Positions 1 to 10,751 of a DNA stretch of 64,000 nucleotides are shown one piece after another. The position numbers were made by a program, and so were the translations under genes. The notes beneath the pieces are model-generated. The model searched no databases. It had not been told where the DNA came from and was given only the letters and a program-made list of their open reading frames with translations. The stretch covers positions 736,001-800,000 of the forward strand of contig OY762492.1 in NCBI GenBank assembly GCA_963665845.2, given 5' to 3'. This DNA comes from Candidatus Poribacteria bacterium (GTDB lineage Bacteria; Poribacteria; WGA-4E; GCA-2687025). How positions within the stretch are numbered: the first letter of the stretch is position 1; each line of letters begins with the position of its first letter.

Positions 1-145
1 GTACCTGTTTGGGCATAATGTCATGAACGACTCGGAGCTGGCGGGCGTTTGCTTCTCGCCGGACGGGACGACCATGTTTGTGAACATTCAGCGCCCCGGC
101 ATGACGCTTGCGATCACCGGACCTTGGAAAAGCCGCCCTGTTTGA
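1..145 (+). CDS. PhoX/DUF839 alkaline phosphatase family, C-terminal fragment (runs off window)
   Basis: Frame 2 reads ...SELAGVCFSPDGTTMFVNIQRPGMTLAITGPWKSRPV*, the typical PhoX C-terminus; TGA at 143-145. Confidence 0.8.
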   Translation, partial: YLFGHNVMNDSELAGVCFSPDGTTMFVNIQRPGMTLAITGPWKSRPV

Positions 146-199
146 TGAAACGGCAGGCGCGGGGCGTATGCGTTGCCCCGCGCCTGCCTTTCCGCCGCG

Positions 200-973
200 T
201 TACCGCGCTTTGATCCTTCCCCATGTCATGGAGGCGCGTCCAGCTGGATCCACGCTCAACAGCTGGTCGGCTCCTTGGTTCATGTAGGTACTGATTTCGT
301 CCGCCGAGAGGGCGCGGTTCCACAGACGCGCCTCATCGATGGAGCCATCGAAAACATTGTTCGGACGGTCGCAGTCCTGCGCGAGCCGCCACGGGTCGCC
401 GTTCGCGTTCAGTTCGCCGGGAATGTCGCCCGAGTTCGCCTCTTTCCCATCGACATAAAGCCGCGCGGTCGCTCCGTCGTTTGAGAAGGCAACATGGACC
501 CATTCGCCGGTGGCGGGCAGGTCTGTGTCGACATCTTTGCGTCCGCCGGCGGTTTCAAAACGCAGCCGGAAGACTCCGTTTTCACTGAACAGTCCGTACT
601 GGGTTCGCCCGCCGCATCCGCCATGGACCGATTTGCCGACGATTTGGCGCGTTCCGTCCCAGTTGTTGGCGTTGATCCACGCCATGAAGGTCATCTCGTT
701 CACATTGAGATCGTCCGTACTTTCGACGGTGATGAAGGCGCCGCTGCCGGCGCCGGCGAAGGCGAGCGCGCCTTTGAATTTGCCGTCTGTCCAGGACGGG
801 TTGTCGATGACGCCGTGATGGCCGAAATCGCTGAGGTCGTTGGCGGTGTCGCCCTCGCCTTCGTCCAGCGGGAAGTAGAGGACAAGCCCGTCATTGAAAT
901 TGGCGTTGGCGGCGACTGTGAGAGCAAAACCGAGACAAGCCGCTGCGAGAGACGCGAGGATTGTACGTTTCAT
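200..973 (-). CDS. Secreted LamG-like jellyroll (laminin G/ConA) domain protein
   Basis: Signal peptide; GLVLYFPLDEG, WVHVAF, LYVDG, FDGSIDEARLWNRALS motifs; C-terminal VDPAGRASMTWGRIK tail. Confidence 0.85.
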   Translation of the reverse strand: MKRTILASLAAACLGFALTVAANANFNDGLVLYFPLDEGEGDTANDLSDFGHHGVIDNPSWTDGKFKGALAFAGAGSGAFITVESTDDLNVNEMTFMAWINANNWDGTRQIVGKSVHGGCGGRTQYGLFSENGVFRLRFETAGGRKDVDTDLPATGEWVHVAFSNDGATARLYVDGKEANSGDIPGELNANGDPWRLAQDCDRPNNVFDGSIDEARLWNRALSADEISTYMNQGADQLLSVDPAGRASMTWGRIKAR

Positions 974-1189
974 GACGTATCCCCCCCCCCGCGTAATCTG
1001 CGCCGGTTTTCTGCCCAGCGATGGAGGTCAGTCGGAGAGAAATGAATCGGAACCGTTGCACGTTAATTCTCCTTTACAGAATGCCTTTATTAATTTGCGT
1101 CTATTCTAGCGTTGAACGCCGGCGCGCGCAACATACGCTCTCTTCTTAGCAAACGGGGCGATTGTATCCGTTCCTTGTTCAAGGATGTT

Positions 1190-1330
1190 AAGATTCCCGC
1201 TTGCGCGGGAATGACAGGCTGGAGAGAGCGGGAATGACAGGCTGGAGAGAGCGGGAATGACAGGCTGGAGAGAGCGGGAATGACAGGCTGGAGAGAGCGG
1301 GAATGACAGGCTGGAGAGAGCAGAAATGAC
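1190..1330. repeat. Palindromic REP-like element followed by about 5 tandem 23-bp units (GCGGGAATGACAGGCTGGAGAGA)
   Basis: Read directly from the sequence. Confidence 0.95.
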
Positions 1331-1371
1331 CCGTTTTCACGAGGCAGGCATGAGGGCGGGGATTTTCTAGA

Positions 1372-1396
1372 CTCCCCTTGAAAAGGGGGCTGGGGG
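1372..1396. repeat. CCCC(C)TTTTCAAGGGGG hairpin repeat family (other copies about 18181-18210, 29283-29310, 37742-37760, 49407-49431)
   Basis: Recurrent short palindrome in intergenic regions, often near gene ends. Confidence 0.8.
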
Positions 1397-1412
1397 TTTA
1401 AGGGCGGAGCGG

Positions 1413-2705
1413 CTAAAACCCGAACGCCGGGCGAATCTTCGGCGTGAATCCGTCCGACAGATACGGCGCCGAGGCGATATAAAAAACGCCGCCTTCATCC
1501 GCATATTCCACCTCAATGAACGCCGCAAGCTGTTCAGGGCGCGCCGCCGAAACGGAGACGCGCAGCTCCCCCGTCTCCGGCAGGGACGGGTCTAGAAGCT
1601 CCGCCCGCTGAAACGTGTACGCGCCGTCCAGGCTGTAGATAAAACGCGCCGCTCGAATCGGCGCCGACTGATCAACCGCCGCCGAAAAATCGATTTGCCG
1701 TTCATGAATCTCAACGCTCAATTCGGGCGTCTGCGGCAGGGCGCCTTTCCCATGCAGAACGCTCTGAATTGCCTTGCGCAAACTGGACCCGATGCGCGGA
1801 CCGATGCCGGGGTTCAGATAGCTGTCGTACAACCCCGTCTCTGTGCTGAAATAGCCATGGTCGGCGTCGTAGATGATGGAGAGGCGGCTCTTTGCGTTGA
1901 GCCGCTCCGCGAAAGCGGCTGTTGAGGTGATCGGAAAATATTCGTCCTGCGCGCCGTTCACGATCCAGACCGCCGCGCGAATTCGGTCTAAATAATGGAT
2001 CGGATCGTAGCTTGTTTTGAAGCGGGTCCATTCCAGCGATTCGGTCGTTAAGTTCAGCGGTTTCAGAAGGTGGGCGACGACCCAGTTATGTTCATAGTTC
2101 TCGGTGCTGTCAAAGTCGCCCGTCGCGGCGATCGGAACGCAGAGCCGTATGCGCCGGTCGACGGCGGCGGCAAGCAGGGAGCATAATCCGCCTCTTGACC
2201 AGCCCGACACGCCGACCGCGTTCTTGTCCACCTGGTCCAGCGTATAGAGATAGGTGACGGCGCGCGCCGCGGACATGACATAATGGCGCATCCAGCTGTT
2301 GCGTATGTCGACGCCTTCCGCTAGGTCTAGCCAGTTTGCGTAGGCGTCTCTCGGTCCGGCGGAGTTTCCTTCGCCGACTCGGTCAATGGCGAGGATGACC
2401 GCGCCGGTCAATGCGGCGGTTCGGACCGCTTCCTCCGCGTTTCCGGTGACAAGTATCATCGCCGGGAGCGGCTTCTCTGACGGCGGAACCGCCAGATGAC
2501 CCGCGATGCGTATCTCCTGACCGTCCCAGATGTGGGACAGATACCGTATCTCCCGCAGGTCGATCTGAACCCCGTTCTTTTCTATCGTCTGTTCCGAGAC
2601 GGTTTCGGCGAAGAGCGGGTCGTTTTGGATCGCGTCCATGTCCCACAGATCTGACAGAGACGCTTGCGCTATGGCGGCGATTAAAAGCGCAACGGCGGCT
2701 TGCAT
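1413..2705 (-). CDS. Secreted alpha/beta hydrolase (acetylxylan esterase / PhoPQ-activated protein-like)
   Basis: Nucleophile elbow GWSRGG, acid GAQDEYF, His DADHG; N-terminal hydrophobic signal. Confidence 0.75.
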   Translation of the reverse strand: MQAAVALLIAAIAQASLSDLWDMDAIQNDPLFAETVSEQTIEKNGVQIDLREIRYLSHIWDGQEIRIAGHLAVPPSEKPLPAMILVTGNAEEAVRTAALTGAVILAIDRVGEGNSAGPRDAYANWLDLAEGVDIRNSWMRHYVMSAARAVTYLYTLDQVDKNAVGVSGWSRGGLCSLLAAAVDRRIRLCVPIAATGDFDSTENYEHNWVVAHLLKPLNLTTESLEWTRFKTSYDPIHYLDRIRAAVWIVNGAQDEYFPITSTAAFAERLNAKSRLSIIYDADHGYFSTETGLYDSYLNPGIGPRIGSSLRKAIQSVLHGKGALPQTPELSVEIHERQIDFSAAVDQSAPIRAARFIYSLDGAYTFQRAELLDPSLPETGELRVSVSAARPEQLAAFIEVEYADEGGVFYIASAPYLSDGFTPKIRPAFGF

Positions 2706-2725
2706 ACGGCTTTCTCCAAAGCGGG

Positions 2726-4882
2726 TTAGGAGGTCGGGGCGCGACGGCGCGGCGACAAGCGGCGGATATGTTCCTGTATGCGCTGCTTTGCGACGCGCCC
2801 GTTGTCCAGAACGATCTGCGCCAGCGGCGGATCGATGTCGTCAGGGAGATGGGAGCGCGCCGTCGCCATCAGGGCGGCTTGGAGAGTGATGAGCTGCGCG
2901 TCGTTCGGCGCAATGCCTGGAGAATAGTCGACCAGCTCATGCTCCAGATCGTCTTTTTCGATCGGGTTTCGCCGAAACATATTGGCGCGTTCGATGGCTT
3001 TCTGCAGTTCGTTGGAGCTGATGAGCGCCGAGACGCGCCCGCGTTCTTTTTCGCGCGCGCGTTCTCCCGCCCTTGAGACGATCGCGGCGATGTCGCCGCC
3101 GGTGAGTCCGTTCGCTTCGGGCCTTCGGGCGATCTCTTCGAACGGTATTTTTTCGTCGTAGGAGAGTCCCTGTTGGCGCATGACGCCGAGCATGACGCCG
3201 GCGCGGTGTTTGGCGGCGGGCGGGAAAAAGGCGAGCGCGTCCATGTCCGACATGGTGAGGCGGCTAAAGGAGACTAGGGACGGGTTGGAAACGCGCGCGA
3301 TGAGAAAGAGCCGCCCCCGCGAGTCCTGATCGCGCACCGTCTCCAGTATCGCCGCGAGCGACTGCGCATTGGAGGAGCGCATCCACCGCTCCACGCTGTC
3401 CAGCTCTAAAATGGCGGGGGCGACCGAATAGGCGTAACGAAGCGCATGGCGCAGCGCGGACGGGTACGTCCCATGTATATCCTGATCGCCGGAGATATAC
3501 CGATCGATCAGCTCCGCCGGCCGGCGGACGCGAAAGACAGGCAGCCCATGTTCCGTGGCGAGACGGCGCACCGCCGTGTATTTTCCGGAGCCTTGCGCGC
3601 CCGCGAGCCAGACGCCGGCGGGCATGCCAGGGTCGCCTTCATAAAGCCGCGCCGCGATGGAGGCAAAATACCTCTCCGCATGCTCTAAGCCGGCGGCATG
3701 GTCGTCCGGCATGTCGCCCAGGGTCAACTCAAACAGATCGTGCGTGTAGGAACCCGTCCACATGAGGCGGGCGTCGTCCATCTCCTCCTGGCTGATGGGT
3801 TCCGAATTCATGGCGAGTTTTAGATGCATGTCATGTATATCAAGAATCCGCAAGCCTGCGCACCGTTCGGCTGCGGTCTGCCTGTCCATGTCGCCTTCAA
3901 ACTGCATGGCGTCCGGTATCTGCGTCGAATCGTATTGGTCGGGCCATTCGCGCGCCATTTTTTGATATTCTGGAGAGTTTTTTTCTTCGTTGTTTATTGG
4001 TTGAGGGAGCGGTTTCCAGTGGCGCGGCATGGTGGAGAGGTGGCGGATGAACTGGCGCAGCTCATTTGCGTTCGGCAGCGGCGCCTGCACATGGCAAACG
4101 CTTCGCGCGTTGCGGAACGACATATCGATCATTTCGATGTCTTCGGTCATGAGAATCAGCATATTGCGCCGTCGGCGCACATGGTCATTGGACGCCCATG
4201 AAATGAGCGTGTCGCTGAACTGGTCTTTTGAGTTGCGCGGCCGGAGCGGCAGCAGCATCTCGGCGCGGTGAATGATCCCTCCAACGCGCCGCCCATGCGG
4301 ATTTTCTTTGATCAGATCCCAAAGACGTTTGAGCAGATCGGGCGGCGAGATGTCTCCCCCGATGCCGGTTTCCTTCGTCTCCAAGCCGTCGTTGATCTGT
4401 TTATGGAGGACGCTGGGTTTCGTGTTGAGCAGCGCTTCAAATTCTTCGTTGCCTTTTAAAGAAGCAAACGCTTTGCGCCCTCCCATGTCCGATTTGATCA
4501 GATCCGTATACCCTGGAATCGTAACGAGCCGCCTTAGAGAACGTATCGCCGCTTTATGGTTTCGGTTGACCGCCATGCCCTCCGCATATTTGTAGAGCGA
4601 GGCGTTCAAGCCGTGATGATCCTGCCAGTTGGAGCGTCCGTTTCCGCGCAGTTGCATCCGTTCAGGGAAACGCGCGCCGTTGATGGGGTCGAATTCAAAA
4701 ACAAGCCAGTTCTGATTTTGAGCGCCCAGCTGCGTCATGCACCACAGGAGCGCGTCCGAAAGAGGCATATACCCGTACGGGCCGAGGGCGGTCAGGTCGT
4801 TCACATTGTAATGTATGAGGAAGATATGCGCCCGCTCTTTTTCATACGCTTCTTCTATCTGCGGCCAGATGCGTTGTATCAT
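2726..4882 (-). CDS. AAA+ ATPase-like protein with degenerate Walker motifs
   Basis: GVWLAGAQGSGKY (Walker A-like), PAILELDSVE (Walker B-like), GLTGGDIAAIV (lid); long N-terminal second AAA-like module. Confidence 0.65.
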   Translation of the reverse strand: MIQRIWPQIEEAYEKERAHIFLIHYNVNDLTALGPYGYMPLSDALLWCMTQLGAQNQNWLVFEFDPINGARFPERMQLRGNGRSNWQDHHGLNASLYKYAEGMAVNRNHKAAIRSLRRLVTIPGYTDLIKSDMGGRKAFASLKGNEEFEALLNTKPSVLHKQINDGLETKETGIGGDISPPDLLKRLWDLIKENPHGRRVGGIIHRAEMLLPLRPRNSKDQFSDTLISWASNDHVRRRRNMLILMTEDIEMIDMSFRNARSVCHVQAPLPNANELRQFIRHLSTMPRHWKPLPQPINNEEKNSPEYQKMAREWPDQYDSTQIPDAMQFEGDMDRQTAAERCAGLRILDIHDMHLKLAMNSEPISQEEMDDARLMWTGSYTHDLFELTLGDMPDDHAAGLEHAERYFASIAARLYEGDPGMPAGVWLAGAQGSGKYTAVRRLATEHGLPVFRVRRPAELIDRYISGDQDIHGTYPSALRHALRYAYSVAPAILELDSVERWMRSSNAQSLAAILETVRDQDSRGRLFLIARVSNPSLVSFSRLTMSDMDALAFFPPAAKHRAGVMLGVMRQQGLSYDEKIPFEEIARRPEANGLTGGDIAAIVSRAGERAREKERGRVSALISSNELQKAIERANMFRRNPIEKDDLEHELVDYSPGIAPNDAQLITLQAALMATARSHLPDDIDPPLAQIVLDNGRVAKQRIQEHIRRLSPRRRAPTS

Positions 4883-6186
4883 GAGGAGACCTCCTCTATG
4901 AGCGGTCGAAGAGCGGCGAGGGTGCGGTCGGCGGCGCCGAGGTTGGCGAGTATGAATTCCCGCCCCTTCCGCCCCGCCTCCGAGGCGAGCGGGGGATGTT
5001 CGGCATAATGTATGAGCGCGTCCGCCAGCGCGTTTTCATCGTCAGTTTTCACAGCCGCCCCCGCTTTCAGCAATGCGCCTGCTTCAGGCGAGTTGTCTAT
5101 CTTTGGACCAAACAGAACAGGCTTCCCAAAAACAGCCGGCTCCATGACATTATGCACCCGCGCCTTAAAACTTCCGCCGACAAATGCGATGCCGCCGAAC
5201 CGGTACAATCCCGCCAGCAAGCCGACGCTGTCGACGACGACAACATCCGCCCCGCGCCAATGCGACCCCAGCGCCGAAAGACGCCCGTACGAGAGTCGAT
5301 GCGCTTTCAAACGCCGCTCCAGAGCGCGCAGGTTCGACTCGGTCGGCTCATGCGGAACGGCGCATAAGCCGCTGTCCGGACGCCGCTCCTTGAGACGCGC
5401 GAAGGCGGGCAACAGTACATTCTCATCCTCGGCGTAAATGCTGCCGGCGACGACGGTCAAGCCGCGCCGTTCAGGCGGGTCGCCCTTGACGCTCTTGCTT
5501 CGGGCGAACACCTGATCATACCGCGTATCGCCCGCGACGAGAATGCGCGGTCCGGCGCCTGACCTCTTGCCGCCGGACGTCTTGCCGCACAATTCGCGCA
5601 GCCGTTCGGCGTCCTCTTCCGTCACGGCGCACTGCAGCCGCAGCTCCTGATAGACGGAGCGGAACAGACCGCGCGCCAGCGGACGCAGACGCTTCGAGCC
5701 TTCATGCAGCGTTCCGGCAATGAGCGCGCACGGAATGCCGCGCGCGGACGCCTCCCAGACGCAATTCGGCCAGACGTCAAACTTGGAAAAAACAGCCGCC
5801 GACGGTTGAACGATGTCTAAAAACGCGCGGATGTTGCGCCGATAATCGAGCGGAAGATAGACGACCGCGTCTTGAAAACGAAAGCGCGACGCCATGCCGT
5901 AAACAGACGGAGAAAAGCAGCTGACAACGCATTCATACTGCGGATGCAGCGTCTCCAGCAGCGGTTTCGCCTGTTCAAACTCGCCGACCGACGCCGCGTG
6001 TATCCATAGGCGCCGTCCGTCCGGCGTCCGCCGCGTTTTCAGCTGCCGCTCAAGCGATTGCTTCCATCCTTTTCGCCCGTTGAACGCATCGCGCGCCTTT
6101 TCGTTGAAGCGGGCGGCGATGCGCATTCCGATCCCCATGAGAGGCGCCGCCGCGTTATACGCCCATCGCCATGCCGCGCCGCTCAT
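4879..6186 (-). CDS. waaA: 3-deoxy-D-manno-octulosonic acid transferase
   Basis: WIHAASVGE, YLPLD, GDTRYD, FVGGSF, HNVMEPA..GKPVLFGP; start ATG 6186 overlaps the upstream stop (ATGA). Confidence 0.9.
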   Translation of the reverse strand: MSGAAWRWAYNAAAPLMGIGMRIAARFNEKARDAFNGRKGWKQSLERQLKTRRTPDGRRLWIHAASVGEFEQAKPLLETLHPQYECVVSCFSPSVYGMASRFRFQDAVVYLPLDYRRNIRAFLDIVQPSAAVFSKFDVWPNCVWEASARGIPCALIAGTLHEGSKRLRPLARGLFRSVYQELRLQCAVTEEDAERLRELCGKTSGGKRSGAGPRILVAGDTRYDQVFARSKSVKGDPPERRGLTVVAGSIYAEDENVLLPAFARLKERRPDSGLCAVPHEPTESNLRALERRLKAHRLSYGRLSALGSHWRGADVVVVDSVGLLAGLYRFGGIAFVGGSFKARVHNVMEPAVFGKPVLFGPKIDNSPEAGALLKAGAAVKTDDENALADALIHYAEHPPLASEAGRKGREFILANLGAADRTLAALRPLIEEVSS

Positions 6187-6842
6187 GCGTCTGTTTCTCC
6201 ATCTGTTTCTTCGATGGCGATGACGCGGCAGGGGGAGCCGTCCCCGCCATCGATTTTTAAGGGCAGGGCGGCGATCCAAGGGCGGCGCGTCGACAGCGCG
6301 TCCAGGTTCGCCAGCCCCTCCGCGATGACGATCTCGGCGTCCAGCAGGATGCGGTGAATGCGCGTTAGCTCCTCCCTGTCTTGAACGCGCGCGACGGAGG
6401 GAGGCTCCACGCCGAGAAAATGAACCCCGCGCTCAACGAACCAGCGCGCCAGCTCCTCGCCGACGCGCGGCATCTCGTCCCGATAAGACGAGTCTTCAGC
6501 CCGCGCCGACCAGCCCGTTTTGAGCAGCAGGCGCGCGCCGTTTTGAACCTGATCAGCCGCCTCTCCGAGACGCTCAACGGTCAAAATCTCCTTCGGCTGA
6601 ACATTCGGGATGTCGATGAGCAGCGCCGTTCCGACGCATTTTTCAAGGTCGATGGTGTCGATGGTCCGCGCGTCCGGCGCGGCGCTGAAATGGCGCGGCG
6701 CGTCCATATGCGTTCCCGCGTGCGAATACAGGCTTAGCGTTCGGGCGTTCCATCCGTTTTCAGGGATCGTTCTGGCGGGCGTCCATGAGACCCCGCGCAT
6801 GCCCGCCCTGCAAGTGAGCGTCAGATCGATGATGCGCCGCAT
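6183..6842 (-). CDS. Cyclase family protein (kynurenine formamidase-like)
   Basis: IIDLT, HAGTHMDAPRHF, EGLANL, ALPLKIDGGDGSPCRVIA. Confidence 0.9.
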   Translation of the reverse strand: MRRIIDLTLTCRAGMRGVSWTPARTIPENGWNARTLSLYSHAGTHMDAPRHFSAAPDARTIDTIDLEKCVGTALLIDIPNVQPKEILTVERLGEAADQVQNGARLLLKTGWSARAEDSSYRDEMPRVGEELARWFVERGVHFLGVEPPSVARVQDREELTRIHRILLDAEIVIAEGLANLDALSTRRPWIAALPLKIDGGDGSPCRVIAIEETDGETDA

Positions 6843-6855
6843 ATCGTTCCGCCTT

Positions 6856-7779
6856 CTATTCGGTGATGAGCGGATACGGTTCGCGTTTCTCCGCCGGCGG
6901 TTCCAGCTGGTAGAGGCGGGCGGCGTTCCCGCCGAGGAACCCGTCCTTTTCAGCGGCGGTGAAAAACGCGCATTCATACCGCGCAAAATCGAGCAGCTGC
7001 CTGTAGGTGAAATCGACCATCGTGCGCGGCAGATCGCTTCCCCACATCAGCTTGTCGGCGCCGACCTCGTTTCGCGCCGTCTCGATCGCTTTCTGTGCGC
7101 CGGGGAAGGGCGGTCCCTCATCCCGAAACAGCCAGCAGATGCCGCCCGATTCCACATAAACGTTCGGCAGGCGGGCGAGGCGCAGCTGGTCAAGCCATTC
7201 AGGGCGGTTCGCCATCGCAAAATGTCCGAGGGCGATCTTCAGGTCGGGGAAGGTTTTGGCGATGTCGCGCGTCTCTTCGACCTGCGCGGCGCCTTCAGCG
7301 AGATCGACCGCCAGAACCATGCCCTCCGCCTCCATCGACTCATAGACGCGCATCATGTCGGGGCGGTTGAGAGGGACGCGCGGCTCCGCGGCGAATAGAT
7401 GCCCCGCGGGCAGCTTGACGCCCCTGAACCCCTGCGCCTTCACCGTTTCAAACTCGGCGGCGCATGCCTCCGCGCTGTAAAAATCGATGAGCGCATGACA
7501 GAAAAAGCGGTCGGGAAAGCGCTGTTGAACATCCAGCAGATACTCGTTCTGGGAGCCGTCCATATACTCCTGGACGACGACGCCGACATCAACGCCGGCG
7601 CCGTCAAAATAGGCGGCGGCGCGCTCGGCGGTGACGAGGCTGTCGGTGAATCCTGGGGGCGTCATCTGTATTTCGCGCTCGCCGATGAAGACTCGTCCGT
7701 CTTTGGAGGCGCGGGTGCGATCCGCTCCGATGCGCCCGTCAATATGGTTCCAGATATGCATATGCGCGTCAACGATCAT
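6856..7779 (-). CDS. Amidohydrolase_2 family metallo-hydrolase
   Basis: DAHMH, GFRGVKL, IALGHF, LMWGSDLP, LGGNAARLY. Confidence 0.85.
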   Translation of the reverse strand: MIVDAHMHIWNHIDGRIGADRTRASKDGRVFIGEREIQMTPPGFTDSLVTAERAAAYFDGAGVDVGVVVQEYMDGSQNEYLLDVQQRFPDRFFCHALIDFYSAEACAAEFETVKAQGFRGVKLPAGHLFAAEPRVPLNRPDMMRVYESMEAEGMVLAVDLAEGAAQVEETRDIAKTFPDLKIALGHFAMANRPEWLDQLRLARLPNVYVESGGICWLFRDEGPPFPGAQKAIETARNEVGADKLMWGSDLPRTMVDFTYRQLLDFARYECAFFTAAEKDGFLGGNAARLYQLEPPAEKREPYPLITE

Positions 7780-7875
7780 GGGTGTCCCTGCGGTATGATG
7801 TGCCTGTGTCCTGAACCTGTCTCACGCTTACGTTATACCGCAAAAGGCGGGCGGTGGGAATCGCCCTGCGTTCAT

Positions 7876-8200
7876 GGCGGTACGCTCATGAGGCGACATT
7901 CATTTTCACCTAAAGCGTCGGCGCCTTTTGTCGTCATTCCCGCGCAAGCGGGAATCCAGAGTCCCGACAAACGACGTCCGCATCCGGCAGTCATGTCTGC
8001 GTCCGGCGACCGTCATTCCCGCGCAAGCGGGAATCCAGAGGCGCTCCCCAACGCTTCGCATTCCCCATCCGCGCTGTTTCCCCGGATCGTCATTCCCGCG
8101 TAAGCGGGAATCTTAGGCGCCGCAGGCGCCGTCCGAGTTCACCGTAAGCGTCCATAACTACACGCCGTCATTCCCGCGTAAGCGGGAATCCAGAGTCCAA
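7876..8200. repeat. Degenerate IS1-derived MITE-like element plus a cluster of four CGTC-REP palindromes
   Basis: Starts GGCGGTACGCTCAT (IS1-like IR); palindromes at about 7932, 8011, 8088 and 8166; left part is homologous to the reverse complement of 37900-37983. Confidence 0.75.
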
Positions 8201-8252
8201 CAGACGACGTCCGCGTTCGCCAAAGCCGCCATTCCACCCGCCGTTGGCGACT

Positions 8253-9029
8253 TTACGTCCGGATATGATATTCTGGAGCGACCCACTCGGATTCCCAGTC
8301 TAACGGTTCGGAGAGGGCCATTATTTGTGACCACTCATCAAAGTATGCTTGCGCAATGGCTCTGTTGCCCCGAAGGATCAGAGCGTTTTCAAACGATCTG
8401 GTTGCTGTCTTCGAGATGTTGTAAGAGCCTGTCCATACACAGGAGTCTTCAGTCACAAAAACAGAGAATGGAACGCCATATTCCTTTCTTTGATGACCAT
8501 AATCGGTGGACTCGGAGGACAACGTAAACACGAGGAATTTGTTATGCATCCTTGGGAAACCAGGGATGTTTGACGCGTTGTGATTTCCGACGCATCGCAC
8601 GGAATCTAAGCCGCCATTCCCTTCTATAGACAATTCACCGACTAGACCTTCGATCTGAAACCCAAAGGTTAAATTGGGCAGGGCTTCGTAAGCTTTTCGA
8701 AGGCGCATCGGGAAATCTTCTTTCAAGTGTCCAGCAGCTGTTGCCGAATCCGGACGCAGAAAATCTTCTTTTTGGACAACAATGAATACTAATTCCATCT
8801 TAGACATCGCTTCAAGAACATCAAAGTCGGTGAGCCATGCCATGCATCCAACGACAACTGGGTACTCAGCGATAAGCTGGAGCAAACGCTCCTTCTGATT
8901 GCGAAACAAAACTTCGACTTGGCATTTTCTAGTCGTCGAGAAGTCTTTAAGCCGCTCGAATTCACGACTCCCATTTCGAATTTTACATTCCAGAAGATTT
9001 TGTTCTTCTTGCGGTCTTTGGTTCCACAT
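8253..9029 (-). CDS. Phospholipase D-like domain protein (single HxK motif), possible nuclease
   Basis: MAWLTD, MHNKFLVF, WTGSYN, ENALIL; visibly AT-richer than the flanks. Confidence 0.75.
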   Translation of the reverse strand: MWNQRPQEEQNLLECKIRNGSREFERLKDFSTTRKCQVEVLFRNQKERLLQLIAEYPVVVGCMAWLTDFDVLEAMSKMELVFIVVQKEDFLRPDSATAAGHLKEDFPMRLRKAYEALPNLTFGFQIEGLVGELSIEGNGGLDSVRCVGNHNASNIPGFPRMHNKFLVFTLSSESTDYGHQRKEYGVPFSVFVTEDSCVWTGSYNISKTATRSFENALILRGNRAIAQAYFDEWSQIMALSEPLDWESEWVAPEYHIRT

Positions 9030-9176
9030 TAATATCCGTTTCTGGCTTGCGTTGATCCGAATCCTCCAATATTATACCGCATCTAAATGCCCAAAGTAAA
9101 ATCCGATCTTAATGCGAGGCAAACGGTTTTGGTGGCGACTCTGGATTCCCGCTTACGCGGGAGTATCTGTGTTCAA

Positions 9177-9182
9177 AGTCAA
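9177..9182 (-). promoter_or_regulatory. Outward -35 box (TTGACT) of the IS110 circle-junction promoter
   Basis: Joining the two ends gives TTGACT-17 nt-CATGAT (-10 at 10696-10691) directly upstream of the bridge RNA. Confidence 0.7.
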
Positions 9183-9281
9183 CCATTTCGCTCTTTCTGT
9201 AGTCCCGAAAGTCGCCGCGGCGGATATTTTTCAGCAGAGCCGAAGGAGACGCCGCAGCGAGATTTCGGAAAGTTGTTTTCA

Positions 9282-10469
<1,188 letters not shown>

Positions 10470-10499
10470 TTTATCCTCCTTTCGTGAGGAGTAGGGCAA

Positions 10500-10686
10500 G
10501 GGGGCTGGATCTCCACACTTACATACTGTGCAGAGCAAAGCATCTGTTCGGAGCATCCAGCCCATTTTGCCGTTTGCGCGAGCTTCCCTACTCCCGCTCG
10601 GCACCGCTGGCAGGTTTCCAGCGCGCCTATGACTCTTCGGAGCAGACTCGCGCGACCCCTTAAGTATGCGCGTACTCGAGGGGTAA
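10500..10686 (-). ncRNA. Predicted IS110 bridge RNA (5' hairpin, target-binding loop, donor-binding loop)
   Basis: Minus strand: 5' hairpin about 10683-10656; target loop closed by GCGCGAG/CTCGCGC with guides AGAGTCAT and GCGGGAG; donor loop closed by GGGCTGGAT/ATCCAGCCC with guides ACAGATGCT and ATGTAAG. Confidence 0.85.
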
Positions 10687-10751
10687 AGTAATCATGTAAA
10701 TGACGGTCTGGTTGATGACGCTTTTTCCCCACAAAGAGAGCGCTTATTCGT

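Noticed and set aside
1190-1330. Mini-CRISPR or guide array
   Set aside because: The linkers are all identical; it is a tandem expansion of a REP half-site.
7399-8116. ORFs containing VIPAQAGI / SFPRKRES motifs (also near 24543, 30030, 37448, 49529, 58798)
   Set aside because: Chance translations of the noncoding palindrome.
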